From positions 3,771 to 67,770 of the forward strand of contig CBFGTM010000005.1 in the NCBI GenBank assembly GCA_965652025.1: a stretch of DNA of 64,000 bases, given 5' to 3'. This DNA is from an uncultured Gemmatimonadales bacterium. GTDB lineage: Bacteria; Gemmatimonadota; Gemmatimonadetes; Gemmatimonadales; GWC2-71-9. The notes beneath the pieces are model-generated. The model was not told the origin of the DNA. It ran no database searches and saw only the letters and a program-made list of their open reading frames with translations. Positions 56,058-64,000 of the stretch are shown one piece after another. The translations under genes were made by a program, and so were the position numbers. The stretch's first letter is position 1, and each line of letters opens with the position of its first letter.

Positions 56058-56951
56058 CTAGTCGTCGCAGACTGGGACGCCTGCACGGCTGTCCTGCCTC
56101 TTGAGCGCGTCCGTTAGCGGCCGCCTGGCGACTGCTCCGACCCAAATGACGCAGCTCTTCCCCGGAAATCTGGCATGGGTAGCTCTGGCCGCCCACGACT
56201 GTGCGTCGGCCGTGAGGATTTCTACCCGCACATCACGATGCCAGAGGTACTGTAGAGCAAGGGTTTGGGTGCGAAGAGCGTATACCCCCTGCATCGCGAA
56301 GTACGTCTCTTGGGAATGCGCGAGATTCCGGAGGTCGACCTTCATCAACACTCGCGGGTCCAGCAGGTCCAGTGCGCTACCGGTATCAGGCGCCGGAGGA
56401 GCAGGGTTGGCTGGTGGAGCCTTGGGCGCTCTCGCGGTGGTTTGCGGCCGTGGGGCCCGGGACCTGAAGTCGTCACAGACCGGAACCCCCTCCCGTCCCG
56501 ACCTTACGTATTTGAGCGTGGTGGGCGGCGCCTCCGCCTGACCCACGAAAATGACACAGTCTCTGCCCGGGAGCTCGGCATGGGTCCCGCTCACGGCCCA
56601 GCCGTCCCGCGAGATCCAGAGAAAGCGGATCCTGGTATCCGGATCCAGCCGTACTCCGATATGCCCAAGATCGTCATTGTAGGTGCCGTTCTCGGCAAAA
56701 AACGTCTCCTCCGCCTCGACCAGCTGACGCAAGGTGCGACGGATCTTGGCGAAGTTCGCCGCGGCAGTGACCGGATCCAATGCAGTGTCGCTGCCTCTAG
56801 AGGGAGCGGAGACCGACGGCAGGTCGGCCGAGTCCGCTGTCTCGGCTGCACGTGCGGGAACCCTGGCCAGGTTCTTCAAGTCACTACATGCGCCTGACAC
56901 CAGCACGGATGCGAGCAGCGAGCCGTGCCCTATTAGTGCCCTGGAAAACAT
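56058..56951 (-). CDS. Putative lipoprotein with two tandem pilin/pseudopilin-like globular domains
   Basis: Lipobox-like LLASVLVSGAC. Two homologous halves, each with a helix (EETFFAENGTY / QETYFAMQGVY), beta region, Cys pair (CVIFVG...GVPVCDD / CVIWVG...GVPVCDD), joined by a Pro/Ala-rich linker. Confidence 0.65.
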   Translation of the reverse strand: MFSRALIGHGSLLASVLVSGACSDLKNLARVPARAAETADSADLPSVSAPSRGSDTALDPVTAAANFAKIRRTLRQLVEAEETFFAENGTYNDDLGHIGVRLDPDTRIRFLWISRDGWAVSGTHAELPGRDCVIFVGQAEAPPTTLKYVRSGREGVPVCDDFRSRAPRPQTTARAPKAPPANPAPPAPDTGSALDLLDPRVLMKVDLRNLAHSQETYFAMQGVYALRTQTLALQYLWHRDVRVEILTADAQSWAARATHARFPGKSCVIWVGAVARRPLTDALKRQDSRAGVPVCDD

Positions 56952-57136
56952 TCGGAGAGATTCCTTACCGGTCGAGAAACGGATGGCAGATCCTGCTATA
57001 TCATAGCTCCAAAATGCCGGGCCTGCGTCAGGGGATTAGCCGACTGATGAGGCCGGGGATGCCGGCCTTCCGATCACCTTCGCCCAGATCCATCAGTGAA
57101 GCTGCCGAGCGGTTGAATCGAGTCTCGAACGCAGTT

Positions 57137-57165
57137 AATTTCACCGCCTAAGTGAAAAATTTCAC
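57137..57165 (+). promoter_or_regulatory. AT-rich direct repeat/palindrome upstream of nuoA (candidate operator or promoter element)
   Basis: AATTTCAC at 57137-57144 and again at 57158-57165. TTTCAC-N7-GTGAAA palindrome at 57139-57157. Sits 22 nt upstream of ATG 57187 in an otherwise GC-rich context. Confidence 0.3.
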
Positions 57166-57186
57166 TAAGCGGGGATCTCCACGCTG

Positions 57187-57552
57187 ATGCTGCAGCCCTA
57201 CGTGCCACTCCTGTTGCTGATCCTGTTTGTGATTGCCAACGCGATCATGATGCTGGGTGTGTCCCACATCCTCTCTACCTACCGCCGCACGCCGACCAAG
57301 ATCGCACCCTACGAGTCGGGCATGCCGGTCTTGGGCGACGCCCGGGAGCGGTTCTCGGTCAAGTTTTATCTGGTGGCGATGCTGTTCATCGTCTTCGATA
57401 TCGAGACCGTCTTCATGATCCCCTGGGCGGTCGCCTTTCAGCAGCTCGGCTCGATGGGGGGATTGCTCATCATCGAGATGTTCGTCTTCATCCTCATTCT
57501 GGCAGTGGGATACGTGTACCTCTGGAAGCGCGGAGCGCTCCAATGGGACTGA
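57187..57552 (+). CDS. nuoA: NADH-quinone oxidoreductase subunit A
   Basis: 121 aa, 3 TM segments. [32 protein letters not shown] motif. Confidence 0.93.
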   Translation: MLQPYVPLLLLILFVIANAIMMLGVSHILSTYRRTPTKIAPYESGMPVLGDARERFSVKFYLVAMLFIVFDIETVFMIPWAVAFQQLGSMGGLLIIEMFVFILILAVGYVYLWKRGALQWD

Positions 57553-58172
57553 GCAATCCCGCCACGGAAAACCGGGCCGACGAGACCACCACGGTCTCGA
57601 CCATCTCCCCCAACTGGGTGACGACCCGGCTCGACTTCCTCACTAATTGGGCTCGGGCCAATTCGCTCTGGCCCATGCCGTTCGGCACCGCCTGCTGTGC
57701 CATCGAGTACATGGCCACCGCGGCGAGCCGATTCGACATCGCCCGGTTTGGAATGGAGCGGCAGAGCTTCTCTCCCCGCCAGGCGGACGTGTTGATCTGC
57801 GCCGGCCGGCTGCCCTTCAAGCTGGCTCCGGTCATTCGACGGATCTGGGACCAGATGCCGCAGCCCAAGTGGTCGATCTCCATGGGTGCTTGTGCATCCA
57901 CCGGTGGCATCTTCGACAACTACTCCATGGTGCAGGGTATCGATACCATTATCCCGGTCGACGTGTACGTGCCCGGCTGTCCCCCGCGACCCGAAGGCCT
58001 CATGTACGGCATTCTCCTGTTACAGAAGAAGATCAAAGGAGAGACCATCGCCGACGAGGGCCTTCGGGTCGAGAAGCTGGTTGGACCCTCGGGCCTCTAT
58101 CTTCCTCCGGAGCGAGTGGACGAGCTCAGTGAGCCCTTTGGCAACTCGGTGCAGCAGACTCGCTCCTCCTGA
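57543..58172 (+). CDS. nuoB: NADH-quinone oxidoreductase subunit B
   Basis: [28 protein letters not shown] (N2 cluster ligands). Confidence 0.95.
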   Translation: MGLSNPATENRADETTTVSTISPNWVTTRLDFLTNWARANSLWPMPFGTACCAIEYMATAASRFDIARFGMERQSFSPRQADVLICAGRLPFKLAPVIRRIWDQMPQPKWSISMGACASTGGIFDNYSMVQGIDTIIPVDVYVPGCPPRPEGLMYGILLLQKKIKGETIADEGLRVEKLVGPSGLYLPPERVDELSEPFGNSVQQTRSS

Positions 58173-58197
58173 TGCAGAGCTTTCCACCACGCGCTGA

Positions 58198-58815
58198 ATG
58201 AGCACACCGTCCCCCGCGGTCGCTGCCCTTCGCTCTGAGTTCGGCTCGGCCATCGGCCGCCATTTCGTTTCCTCGGAACAGACCGTTGTCTTTGTCGACC
58301 GAGACCGGTCCCACGACGCTCTTGCCTGGCTCAAGGACGCGCCGGGCCAGGAATTCAACTACCTGACCGACGTCACCGCGGTGGATTACCGCGATCCGGA
58401 GCGGCCGCTGGAAGTGGTCTACCAGCTGCGATCGCTGAACCGCAGGGCCGATCTCAGAGTGAAAGTCGGCCTCGATAAGCGGGAGCCGCTGGAGGTTCGA
58501 TCGGTCGTGGATCTCTGGCGCGGTGCGGACTGGCTGGAGCGGGAAGTCTACGACATGTTCGGCGTCACCTTCGTCGGGCATCCCGACCTGCGGCGGATCC
58601 TGATGTGGGAGACCTATGCCGAGGGGTACCCGCTGCGGAAGGACTTTCCGTTGCGAGGTCACTTCAGCCGGGCCGAGCAGACCCGGCAAGCGCTCGCAGC
58701 CAATCCGGAAGCGCACTACTCGTTGGAGGAGCTGTCGATTGCCGACGCCTATGGAGAGCTGCCCAGGGACATGCAGGAGCGGCTGGCCCGAGGTGAGCGG
58801 GGGTTCCTGAAATGA
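58198..58815 (+). CDS. nuoC: NADH-quinone oxidoreductase subunit C
   Basis: LTDVTAVDY, WLEREVYDMFGVTFVGHPDLRRIL. Confidence 0.93.
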   Translation: MSTPSPAVAALRSEFGSAIGRHFVSSEQTVVFVDRDRSHDALAWLKDAPGQEFNYLTDVTAVDYRDPERPLEVVYQLRSLNRRADLRVKVGLDKREPLEVRSVVDLWRGADWLEREVYDMFGVTFVGHPDLRRILMWETYAEGYPLRKDFPLRGHFSRAEQTRQALAANPEAHYSLEELSIADAYGELPRDMQERLARGERGFLK

Positions 58816-60104
58816 CGCTGCGGACGGTCGAGATGGCCCTGGCTACGCCGGGGGTAGACGCCGCCGGGAACCCTACCCGAGTTCCTCTCGGTGTTGCTCA
58901 GGACGACGGAGGTTATCGGGAAGACCTCGGGGCCGAACATATGCTGGTCAACATCGGGCCCCAGCATCCGGCCACCCACGGCGTGCTTCGCCTGGTCCTG
59001 GAGCTCGAGGGCGAGACGGTTCGCCGCTGCATTCCCCACGTCGGGTACCTGCATTCCGGGTTCGAGAAGCTGGGCGAGTATCGCCACTACAATCAGATCA
59101 TCCCGCTCACCGATCGCACCGATTACCTGTCGCCCATGGCCAACAACGTCTGCCTGGCCCTGGCAGTCGAAGCGCTGATGGGGCTGGAGTTGACTGAGCG
59201 CTGCAAGGTGCTCCGGGTGATTGCCTGCGAAATGAGCCGGATCATCTCGCACCTGGTCTGGCTGGGAACCACTGGTATCGACCTCGGCGCCTTCACCCCA
59301 TTTCTCTGGTCGTTCCAGGAGCGGGAGCGGATCTATAATCTGCAAGAGGCTTGGACCGGTGCCCGGCTGACCACCAGCCTGACTCGAGTCGGCGGCCTGA
59401 TGGCGGATATTCCGGACGGCTGGGAGGCCGGGCTGCGGGAGTTTACCCAGACCTTCCCCAAGACCCTGAGGGAAGTGGACACGATGTTCACCCGGAACGC
59501 CATCTGGATTGGGCGGACCCAGGGTGTGGGAGCGCTCTCGGCGGAGGAGGCCATCAATCTCTCGCTCTCCGGCCCCATGCTGCGGGCGAGCGGGGTGGAT
59601 TACGACGTGCGGAAAGACCGGCCCTACCTGGATTACGAGACCTATGATTTCGACGTGCCGATCGGCGAGTACGGCGACATTTACGATCGCTACCGGATAC
59701 GAATGGAAGAGATGTGGCAGTCGAACCGGATTCTGGAGCAGGCACTCGACCGCCTGGCCAGGCTCAAGGGCGCACCCATCAACGTGTCCGACCCGCGGGT
59801 GGTGCTGCCCCCCAAGTCCAGGGCAATGAGTGACATGGAGGCGATGATCTTCCACTTCAAGCAGGTCATGGAAGGGGTCAAGCCTCCGGTGGGCGAAGTC
59901 TATATGGGAATCGAGAATCCCAAGGGTGAGCTGGGCTACTACATGGTCTCGGATGGCACCGCGAAACCGGTACGCTGGCGCATCCGTCCCCCGTCGTTCA
60001 TCAACCTCGCGAGTCTCCCGGTGATGTGCGAGGGCGCGCTGCTGTCTGACGTCATCGCGATCAACGCCAGCGTAGACATCGTCATGGGAGAAGTGGATCG
60101 ATGA
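58812..60104 (+). CDS. nuoD: NADH-quinone oxidoreductase subunit D
   Basis: NIGPQHPATHGVLRL, GYLHSGFEKL, RIRPPSF. ATGA-type overlap with nuoC. Confidence 0.95.
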   Translation: MTLRTVEMALATPGVDAAGNPTRVPLGVAQDDGGYREDLGAEHMLVNIGPQHPATHGVLRLVLELEGETVRRCIPHVGYLHSGFEKLGEYRHYNQIIPLTDRTDYLSPMANNVCLALAVEALMGLELTERCKVLRVIACEMSRIISHLVWLGTTGIDLGAFTPFLWSFQERERIYNLQEAWTGARLTTSLTRVGGLMADIPDGWEAGLREFTQTFPKTLREVDTMFTRNAIWIGRTQGVGALSAEEAINLSLSGPMLRASGVDYDVRKDRPYLDYETYDFDVPIGEYGDIYDRYRIRMEEMWQSNRILEQALDRLARLKGAPINVSDPRVVLPPKSRAMSDMEAMIFHFKQVMEGVKPPVGEVYMGIENPKGELGYYMVSDGTAKPVRWRIRPPSFINLASLPVMCEGALLSDVIAINASVDIVMGEVDR

Positions 60105-60703
60105 CGGCCAGGAAGCGAGGAAGCGGGGAAGGGGGGATGGTAGGCTCGCCGGTGCAAATCAGCGGCGCTCATCGGGCGCCGGGTGAGCACGGCGTCACCG
60201 GAGGCCACGGCACCGAGACCGAGCCCTATGAGAGGGTCTTCCGCGGGGACCGGTTGGTCGGGCTGGAGCGCCTGTTCACTCTCTATCCGACCAAACAGGC
60301 CTGCCTGCTGCCGGCCCTCTGGATGGTCCAGGAGGCCCGTGGCTGGATTTCCGAGCCGGCTATTGGAGAGGTGGCCGAGGTGTTGGGGCTTACCCCGGCG
60401 TACGTGAAGGGCGTGGTGACGTTCTACACCATGTACCATACCCACCCCGTGGGCCGCCACTTCATCCAGGTCTGCACTACCACGCCCTGCAATATCTGCG
60501 GCGCGGAAGAGGTGATGAAGGCACTTCTGGAGCAGACCGGGTGTGGAGAACTCGGCGCTACCAGTCCCGATGGACGGTTCACCGTAATCGAGGTCGAGTG
60601 CCTCGGCGCCTGCGGCTTTGCCACCCCGATTCTCATCGATGACGACTTCATCGAGAGCGTCACCCCCGAAAAGGTCCCCGGGATCCTGCAGAGGTACGAG
60701 TAA
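60101..60703 (+). CDS. nuoE: NADH-quinone oxidoreductase subunit E
   Basis: 2Fe-2S ligands in VCTTTPCNICG and ECLGACG. Roughly 45-aa N-terminal extension. Confidence 0.92.
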   Translation: MTARKRGSGEGGMVGSPVQISGAHRAPGEHGVTGGHGTETEPYERVFRGDRLVGLERLFTLYPTKQACLLPALWMVQEARGWISEPAIGEVAEVLGLTPAYVKGVVTFYTMYHTHPVGRHFIQVCTTTPCNICGAEEVMKALLEQTGCGELGATSPDGRFTVIEVECLGACGFATPILIDDDFIESVTPEKVPGILQRYE

Positions 60704-62010
60704 TGGGCTACCCCCATCCCACACACCCCAAGGAAAATCCGGTTCTCTCCAAGCACTTCGGCGATCCCGAGGCGCGGACCTACGACGGCTGGGTCAAGCG
60801 GGGCGGCTACGAGGCTCTGCGGAAGGTGCTGAAGATGACCCCCGAGGCCGTGGTCGAGGAGGTCAAGACATCGGGTTTGCGTGGCCGTGGCGGAGCCGGA
60901 TTTCCCACCGGGCTCAAGTGGTCGCTCATGCCCAAGGCGGACGGCCGCCCCCACTATCTGGTGTGCAATGCCGATGAATCCGAGCCCGGCACGTTCAAGG
61001 ACCGGGAGATCATGCGGTGGACCCCGCATCAGTTGATCGAGGGCTGCGCCATTGCATCCTACGCCATCGGCGCCGAGCGCTGCTACATCTACATCCGGGG
61101 TGAGTTCACCGAACCGCTCGAGATCATGCGCCAGGCGATCGAGGAGGCTACTGCTCGGGGTGCCATCGGGACCAACGTCCTGGGGAGTGGCAAGCGGATC
61201 GAGATGATCATCCACCGGGGGGCCGGGGCATACATCTGCGGCGAAGAGACCGCGATGCTCAACTCGATCGAGGGCAAGCGGGGTAACCCGCGCATCAAGC
61301 CGCCCTATCCCGCCCAGGCGGGTGTGTTCGGCATGCCGACCACGATCAACAATGTGGAGACACTGGCCGCGGTACCGCACATCATCATGCGGGGCGGCGA
61401 ATGGTACAAGGGGCTCTCCCTCAGCAACCCCAAGAGCACCGGGACGAAGCTGATCTCGGTGTGTGGGCACGTGCAGCAGCCAGGCAACTACGAGGTTACC
61501 ATGGGCACCCCGATGCGGGAGCTCATTTACGAGATGTGTGGGGGGATGCTGCCGGGCCGCACCCTGAAAGCCGTCATTCCAGGCGGCTCCTCGGTGCCGA
61601 TCATGAATGCCGCGGAAGTCGAGGATTGCTTGCTCGACTACGAAGGCGTCGTGGCCAAGGGATCGATGCTGGGCTCGGCCGGGATGATCGTCATGGACAA
61701 CACCACCGATATGGTCTATCAGATCTGGCGGCTGGCCCGGTTCTATGCCCATGAGTCCTGCGCCCAGTGCACCCAGTGCCGGGAAGGGACGGCGTGGTCC
61801 GTCCGGATCCTGGAGCGGATCCTGACCGGGAAGGGCAAGCAGGAGCACTTCCAGCTGCTGCTCGATCTTTCGGACAACATGACGGGAAAGACCATCTGCG
61901 TGCTGAGCGACTCCTGCGCGGCCCCGATTGTAAGCGGCATCCAGAAGTTCCGCCAGGAATTCGAGGCCTACATCCAGGGTGCGCGCGAGCCGGCCATGGC
62001 TGCCGTTTAA
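60703..62010 (+). CDS. nuoF: NADH-quinone oxidoreductase subunit F
   Basis: GLRGRGGAGFPTGLKW (FMN), ESCAQCTQCREG (4Fe-4S). Confidence 0.95.
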   Translation: MGYPHPTHPKENPVLSKHFGDPEARTYDGWVKRGGYEALRKVLKMTPEAVVEEVKTSGLRGRGGAGFPTGLKWSLMPKADGRPHYLVCNADESEPGTFKDREIMRWTPHQLIEGCAIASYAIGAERCYIYIRGEFTEPLEIMRQAIEEATARGAIGTNVLGSGKRIEMIIHRGAGAYICGEETAMLNSIEGKRGNPRIKPPYPAQAGVFGMPTTINNVETLAAVPHIIMRGGEWYKGLSLSNPKSTGTKLISVCGHVQQPGNYEVTMGTPMRELIYEMCGGMLPGRTLKAVIPGGSSVPIMNAAEVEDCLLDYEGVVAKGSMLGSAGMIVMDNTTDMVYQIWRLARFYAHESCAQCTQCREGTAWSVRILERILTGKGKQEHFQLLLDLSDNMTGKTICVLSDSCAAPIVSGIQKFRQEFEAYIQGAREPAMAAV

Positions 62011-62016
62011 AGACGA

Positions 62017-63630
62017 TTGGAAATGACAGAAGAACTCGTCACCGTAACAATCGACGGGGCGCAGGTGAGCGTGCCCAAGGACACGACCATCATCGAGGCC
62101 GCCAAGATGGCCGGGGTCCTGGTACCGCATTACTGCTACCACCCGTCGCTGCCGTCGCCGGCATTGTGCCGGATGTGCCTGGTCGAGGTGGAGAAGGCCC
62201 CCAAACTGATGCCTGCTTGCGTCACCCAGGTGGCCGAAGGCCAGGTGGTGCATGTCGAGAGCGAGAAGGCCAAGAGGGCGCGCGAGGGCGTGCTGGAGCT
62301 CCTTCTCATCAACCATCCGCTGGACTGCCCCATCTGCGATCAGGCCGGCGAATGCGAGCTTCAGGACTACGTGTTCCAGGAGGGGCGGGCCGGAACTCGC
62401 TATGCAGAGTATGCCAAGCGCTACAGCCCGGTCGAGGATTTCGGACCCGATGTGTTGTATGTGCCTAACCGGTGCATCCTGTGCACCCGATGCGTTCGGT
62501 TCATGGAGGATGTAGCGGAGGAGCCGGTGCTGAACGTCTCGGAGCGGGGCGACCGGGCCTACATCGGGATCTCGCCCGACCAGCGCCTGGAGCATGCCTG
62601 GTCCGGCAATGTGGTGGATCTGTGCCCCGTTGGATCTCTCATCTCCAAGGATTTCCTGCACAAGGCCCGGGCCTGGGATCTGGACAAGACCGCGAGCGTC
62701 TGTCCTGGCTGTACCCAGGGGTGCAACATCACCATCGACACCCGCGACGACGTCGTGGTCCGCTTCCGCCCGCGCCCCAATCTGGAGGTGAACCGGCATT
62801 TCATCTGTGACTATGGCCGGATGAACTACCGCTGGCTCAATCGAGGCGACCGGATCGAGGCACCGCTGGTGAAGGACGGCGGCCGCCATGCCGCAACCGA
62901 CTGGGACACGGCGCTCGACCGGCTGGGGCAGCTGGTCCGCGGCACCTCAGGGTCGGCGCTGATTCTGGCCTCAGGGCGGGCCTCGACCGAGTCGCTGGGA
63001 CTGGTGCGCATGATGCTCGGGAGGCTCGATGTAACCGCCGCGGTGCAGGTTCCCCTCGGCGATGAGGCTCCTCTCGCCGGCATACCGGATCTGGCCCTGC
63101 GGCGGGAACGGGCCGCGAACCTGGCCGGTGCCGAGCTGCTGGGGTATCGCCCGTCCTGGGAGGAAGCCCTTCGCTCCGCTGACGGGGCAGGGCTCATTAT
63201 CGTGCTGGATGCGGATCTGACCGACTCGGATCAGGCTCTGCTCGCTGCCACCCCGGGAAGCCTCGTCGTGCTGGGCACCGTCTGGCCTGATGGCCTGCGC
63301 AATGCCGACCTGGTGCTTCCGATCACCAACATGGCCGAAGAGAACGGTACCTACGTGAATCGTGACCGGCGGATTCAGCGCTACACCCAGGCCAAGTCGC
63401 AGCCCGGCATGGCGCGCCCTGCCTGGTGGGTTGCAGGCGAAGTCCTCGCAGGCCCGGGGCCGAGTCCGACTGCACCAGCTACGGCGGCGGAGGCTTTCCT
63501 GCTGCTGGGCAAGCGATGGCCCGCCTTTGCCGGCCTGACCCACGCAGACATGGGATTTACCGGACGCGTGTTGGGACTGGCGCTGGATCGTTCGGCCGAA
63601 AGCCAGCAGGCGGACCTGGGGGTCGTGTGA
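62017..63630 (+). CDS. nuoG: NADH-quinone oxidoreductase subunit G (short form)
   Basis: CYHPSLPSPALCRMCLVEV (2Fe-2S), HPLDCPICDQAGECELQ, CILCTRCVRF. Confidence 0.92.
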   Translation: MEMTEELVTVTIDGAQVSVPKDTTIIEAAKMAGVLVPHYCYHPSLPSPALCRMCLVEVEKAPKLMPACVTQVAEGQVVHVESEKAKRAREGVLELLLINHPLDCPICDQAGECELQDYVFQEGRAGTRYAEYAKRYSPVEDFGPDVLYVPNRCILCTRCVRFMEDVAEEPVLNVSERGDRAYIGISPDQRLEHAWSGNVVDLCPVGSLISKDFLHKARAWDLDKTASVCPGCTQGCNITIDTRDDVVVRFRPRPNLEVNRHFICDYGRMNYRWLNRGDRIEAPLVKDGGRHAATDWDTALDRLGQLVRGTSGSALILASGRASTESLGLVRMMLGRLDVTAAVQVPLGDEAPLAGIPDLALRRERAANLAGAELLGYRPSWEEALRSADGAGLIIVLDADLTDSDQALLAATPGSLVVLGTVWPDGLRNADLVLPITNMAEENGTYVNRDRRIQRYTQAKSQPGMARPAWWVAGEVLAGPGPSPTAPATAAEAFLLLGKRWPAFAGLTHADMGFTGRVLGLALDRSAESQQADLGVV

Positions 63631-64000
63631 CGCCAGAGATGAAGGGCTACCTCCTCCTCAGCGTCATCAAGATGCTGCTGGTGTTCACGGTCCTCATGGT
63701 TGGGGTTGCCCTGCTCACCCTGATGGAGCGGAAGGTCAGCGCCTGGATGCAAAACCGGCGGGGGCCGAACCGGGTTGGCCCGGCGGGCCTGCTCCAGCCT
63801 GCCGCAGACGGGCTCAAGAACATCCTGAAGGAAGAAACCTTTCCCGCACTGGCCAACCGTTGGCTGTTTCTCCTGGCCCCGGCACTCTCCTTCATCCCGG
63901 CGCTGCTGCTCTTTGCCGTCATACCGTTCGGCGCACCGCTGCCAGTGGATTTCGACTTCACGCTCGGGCCTCTGGGTCGGTTCGTTCATCACGGCCTGAT
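63627..64000 (+). CDS. nuoH: NADH-quinone oxidoreductase subunit H, 5' fragment (runs off window)
   Basis: My own translation from GTG 63627 / ATG 63639: ...[60 protein letters not shown] (NuoH signature). Open to base 64000 and not in the ORF track because it has no stop. Confidence 0.88.
   Translation, partial: MTPEMKGYLLLSVIKMLLVFTVLMVGVALLTLMERKVSAWMQNRRGPNRVGPAGLLQPAADGLKNILKEETFPALANRWLFLLAPALSFIPALLLFAVIPFGAPLPVDFDFTLGPLGRFVHHGL

Noticed and set aside
58749-59855. 368-aa minus-strand ORF opposite nuoD
   Set aside because: It is antisense to nuoD. This is the same shadow-ORF argument as above.
60424-62889. 821-aa ORF on the minus strand spanning nuoE/F/G
   Set aside because: It is antisense to genes with unmistakable Nuo cofactor motifs. 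Its product is Arg/Gly/Pro/His/Ala-rich low-complexity with no motif, which is a typical shadow ORF in GC-rich DNA.
1-64000. Looked for CRISPR arrays, tRNA/rRNA genes, transposases, integrases, phage or toxin-antitoxin modules
   Set aside because: I found no regularly spaced direct repeats with unique spacers. I saw no tRNA-like T-arm/acceptor sequences in any intergenic gap. No ORF carried DDE, tyrosine or serine recombinase motifs. The only repeats are the short tandem arrays and the 24-nt coding repeat reported above. tRNAscan, Infernal and ISfinder runs would confirm this.

Overview
GC-rich (mid-60s % by eye, not computed), gene-dense chromosomal segment of a diderm bacterium. It has an outer-membrane secretin, lipoprotein signal peptides and a multi-subunit nuo operon. 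The phylum cannot be fixed from sequence alone. I can support about 65 protein-coding genes. I found no rRNA or tRNA, no CRISPR array and no transposase or integrase. The many long ORFs antisense to real genes are GC-rich shadow ORFs.

Layout:
1. 1-21.3 kb, housekeeping: aroE fragment, comF, gap-pgk-tpiA, fpg/nei, secG, carA, HU/IHF, moaD-moaE-moaA, trmL, mdh, sdhCAB, two tandem secreted M1 metallopeptidases, dcd.
2. 21.5-30 kb: UDP-xylose synthase, then a four-gene cassette resembling a split Arn pathway (decarboxylase-type SDR, aminotransferase, formyltransferase, ArnC-like GT2), flanked by two GT-C-type membrane proteins.
3. 30-42.4 kb: a complete Tad/Flp pilus operon. It continues through overlapping stop/start codons into DUF192, an unassigned AAA+ ATPase and a membrane-anchored repeat protein.
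4. 42.5-52.7 kb: a second envelope-glycosylation island with GT-C-like and GT87-like membrane proteins, GT2-methyltransferase-GT2, and a membrane-fused spermidine-synthase-fold protein.
5. 53-57 kb: secreted proteins, namely a PADTSRKA-repeat protein, an S8 protease and a lipoprotein with two pilin-like domains.
6. 57.2-64 kb: nuoA to a partial nuoH.

Most worth a second look:
- the extended Tad operon and its possible link to the surrounding polyprenyl-phosphate-sugar/GT-C genes;
- a family of inverted tandem heptamer/octamer arrays. One pair brackets a four-helix-bundle (23S-IVS/Avd-family) gene, one is cargo-less, and one sits exactly at the moaE/moaA junction;
- an in-frame TAA splitting a lipoprotein LVIVD-propeller gene.
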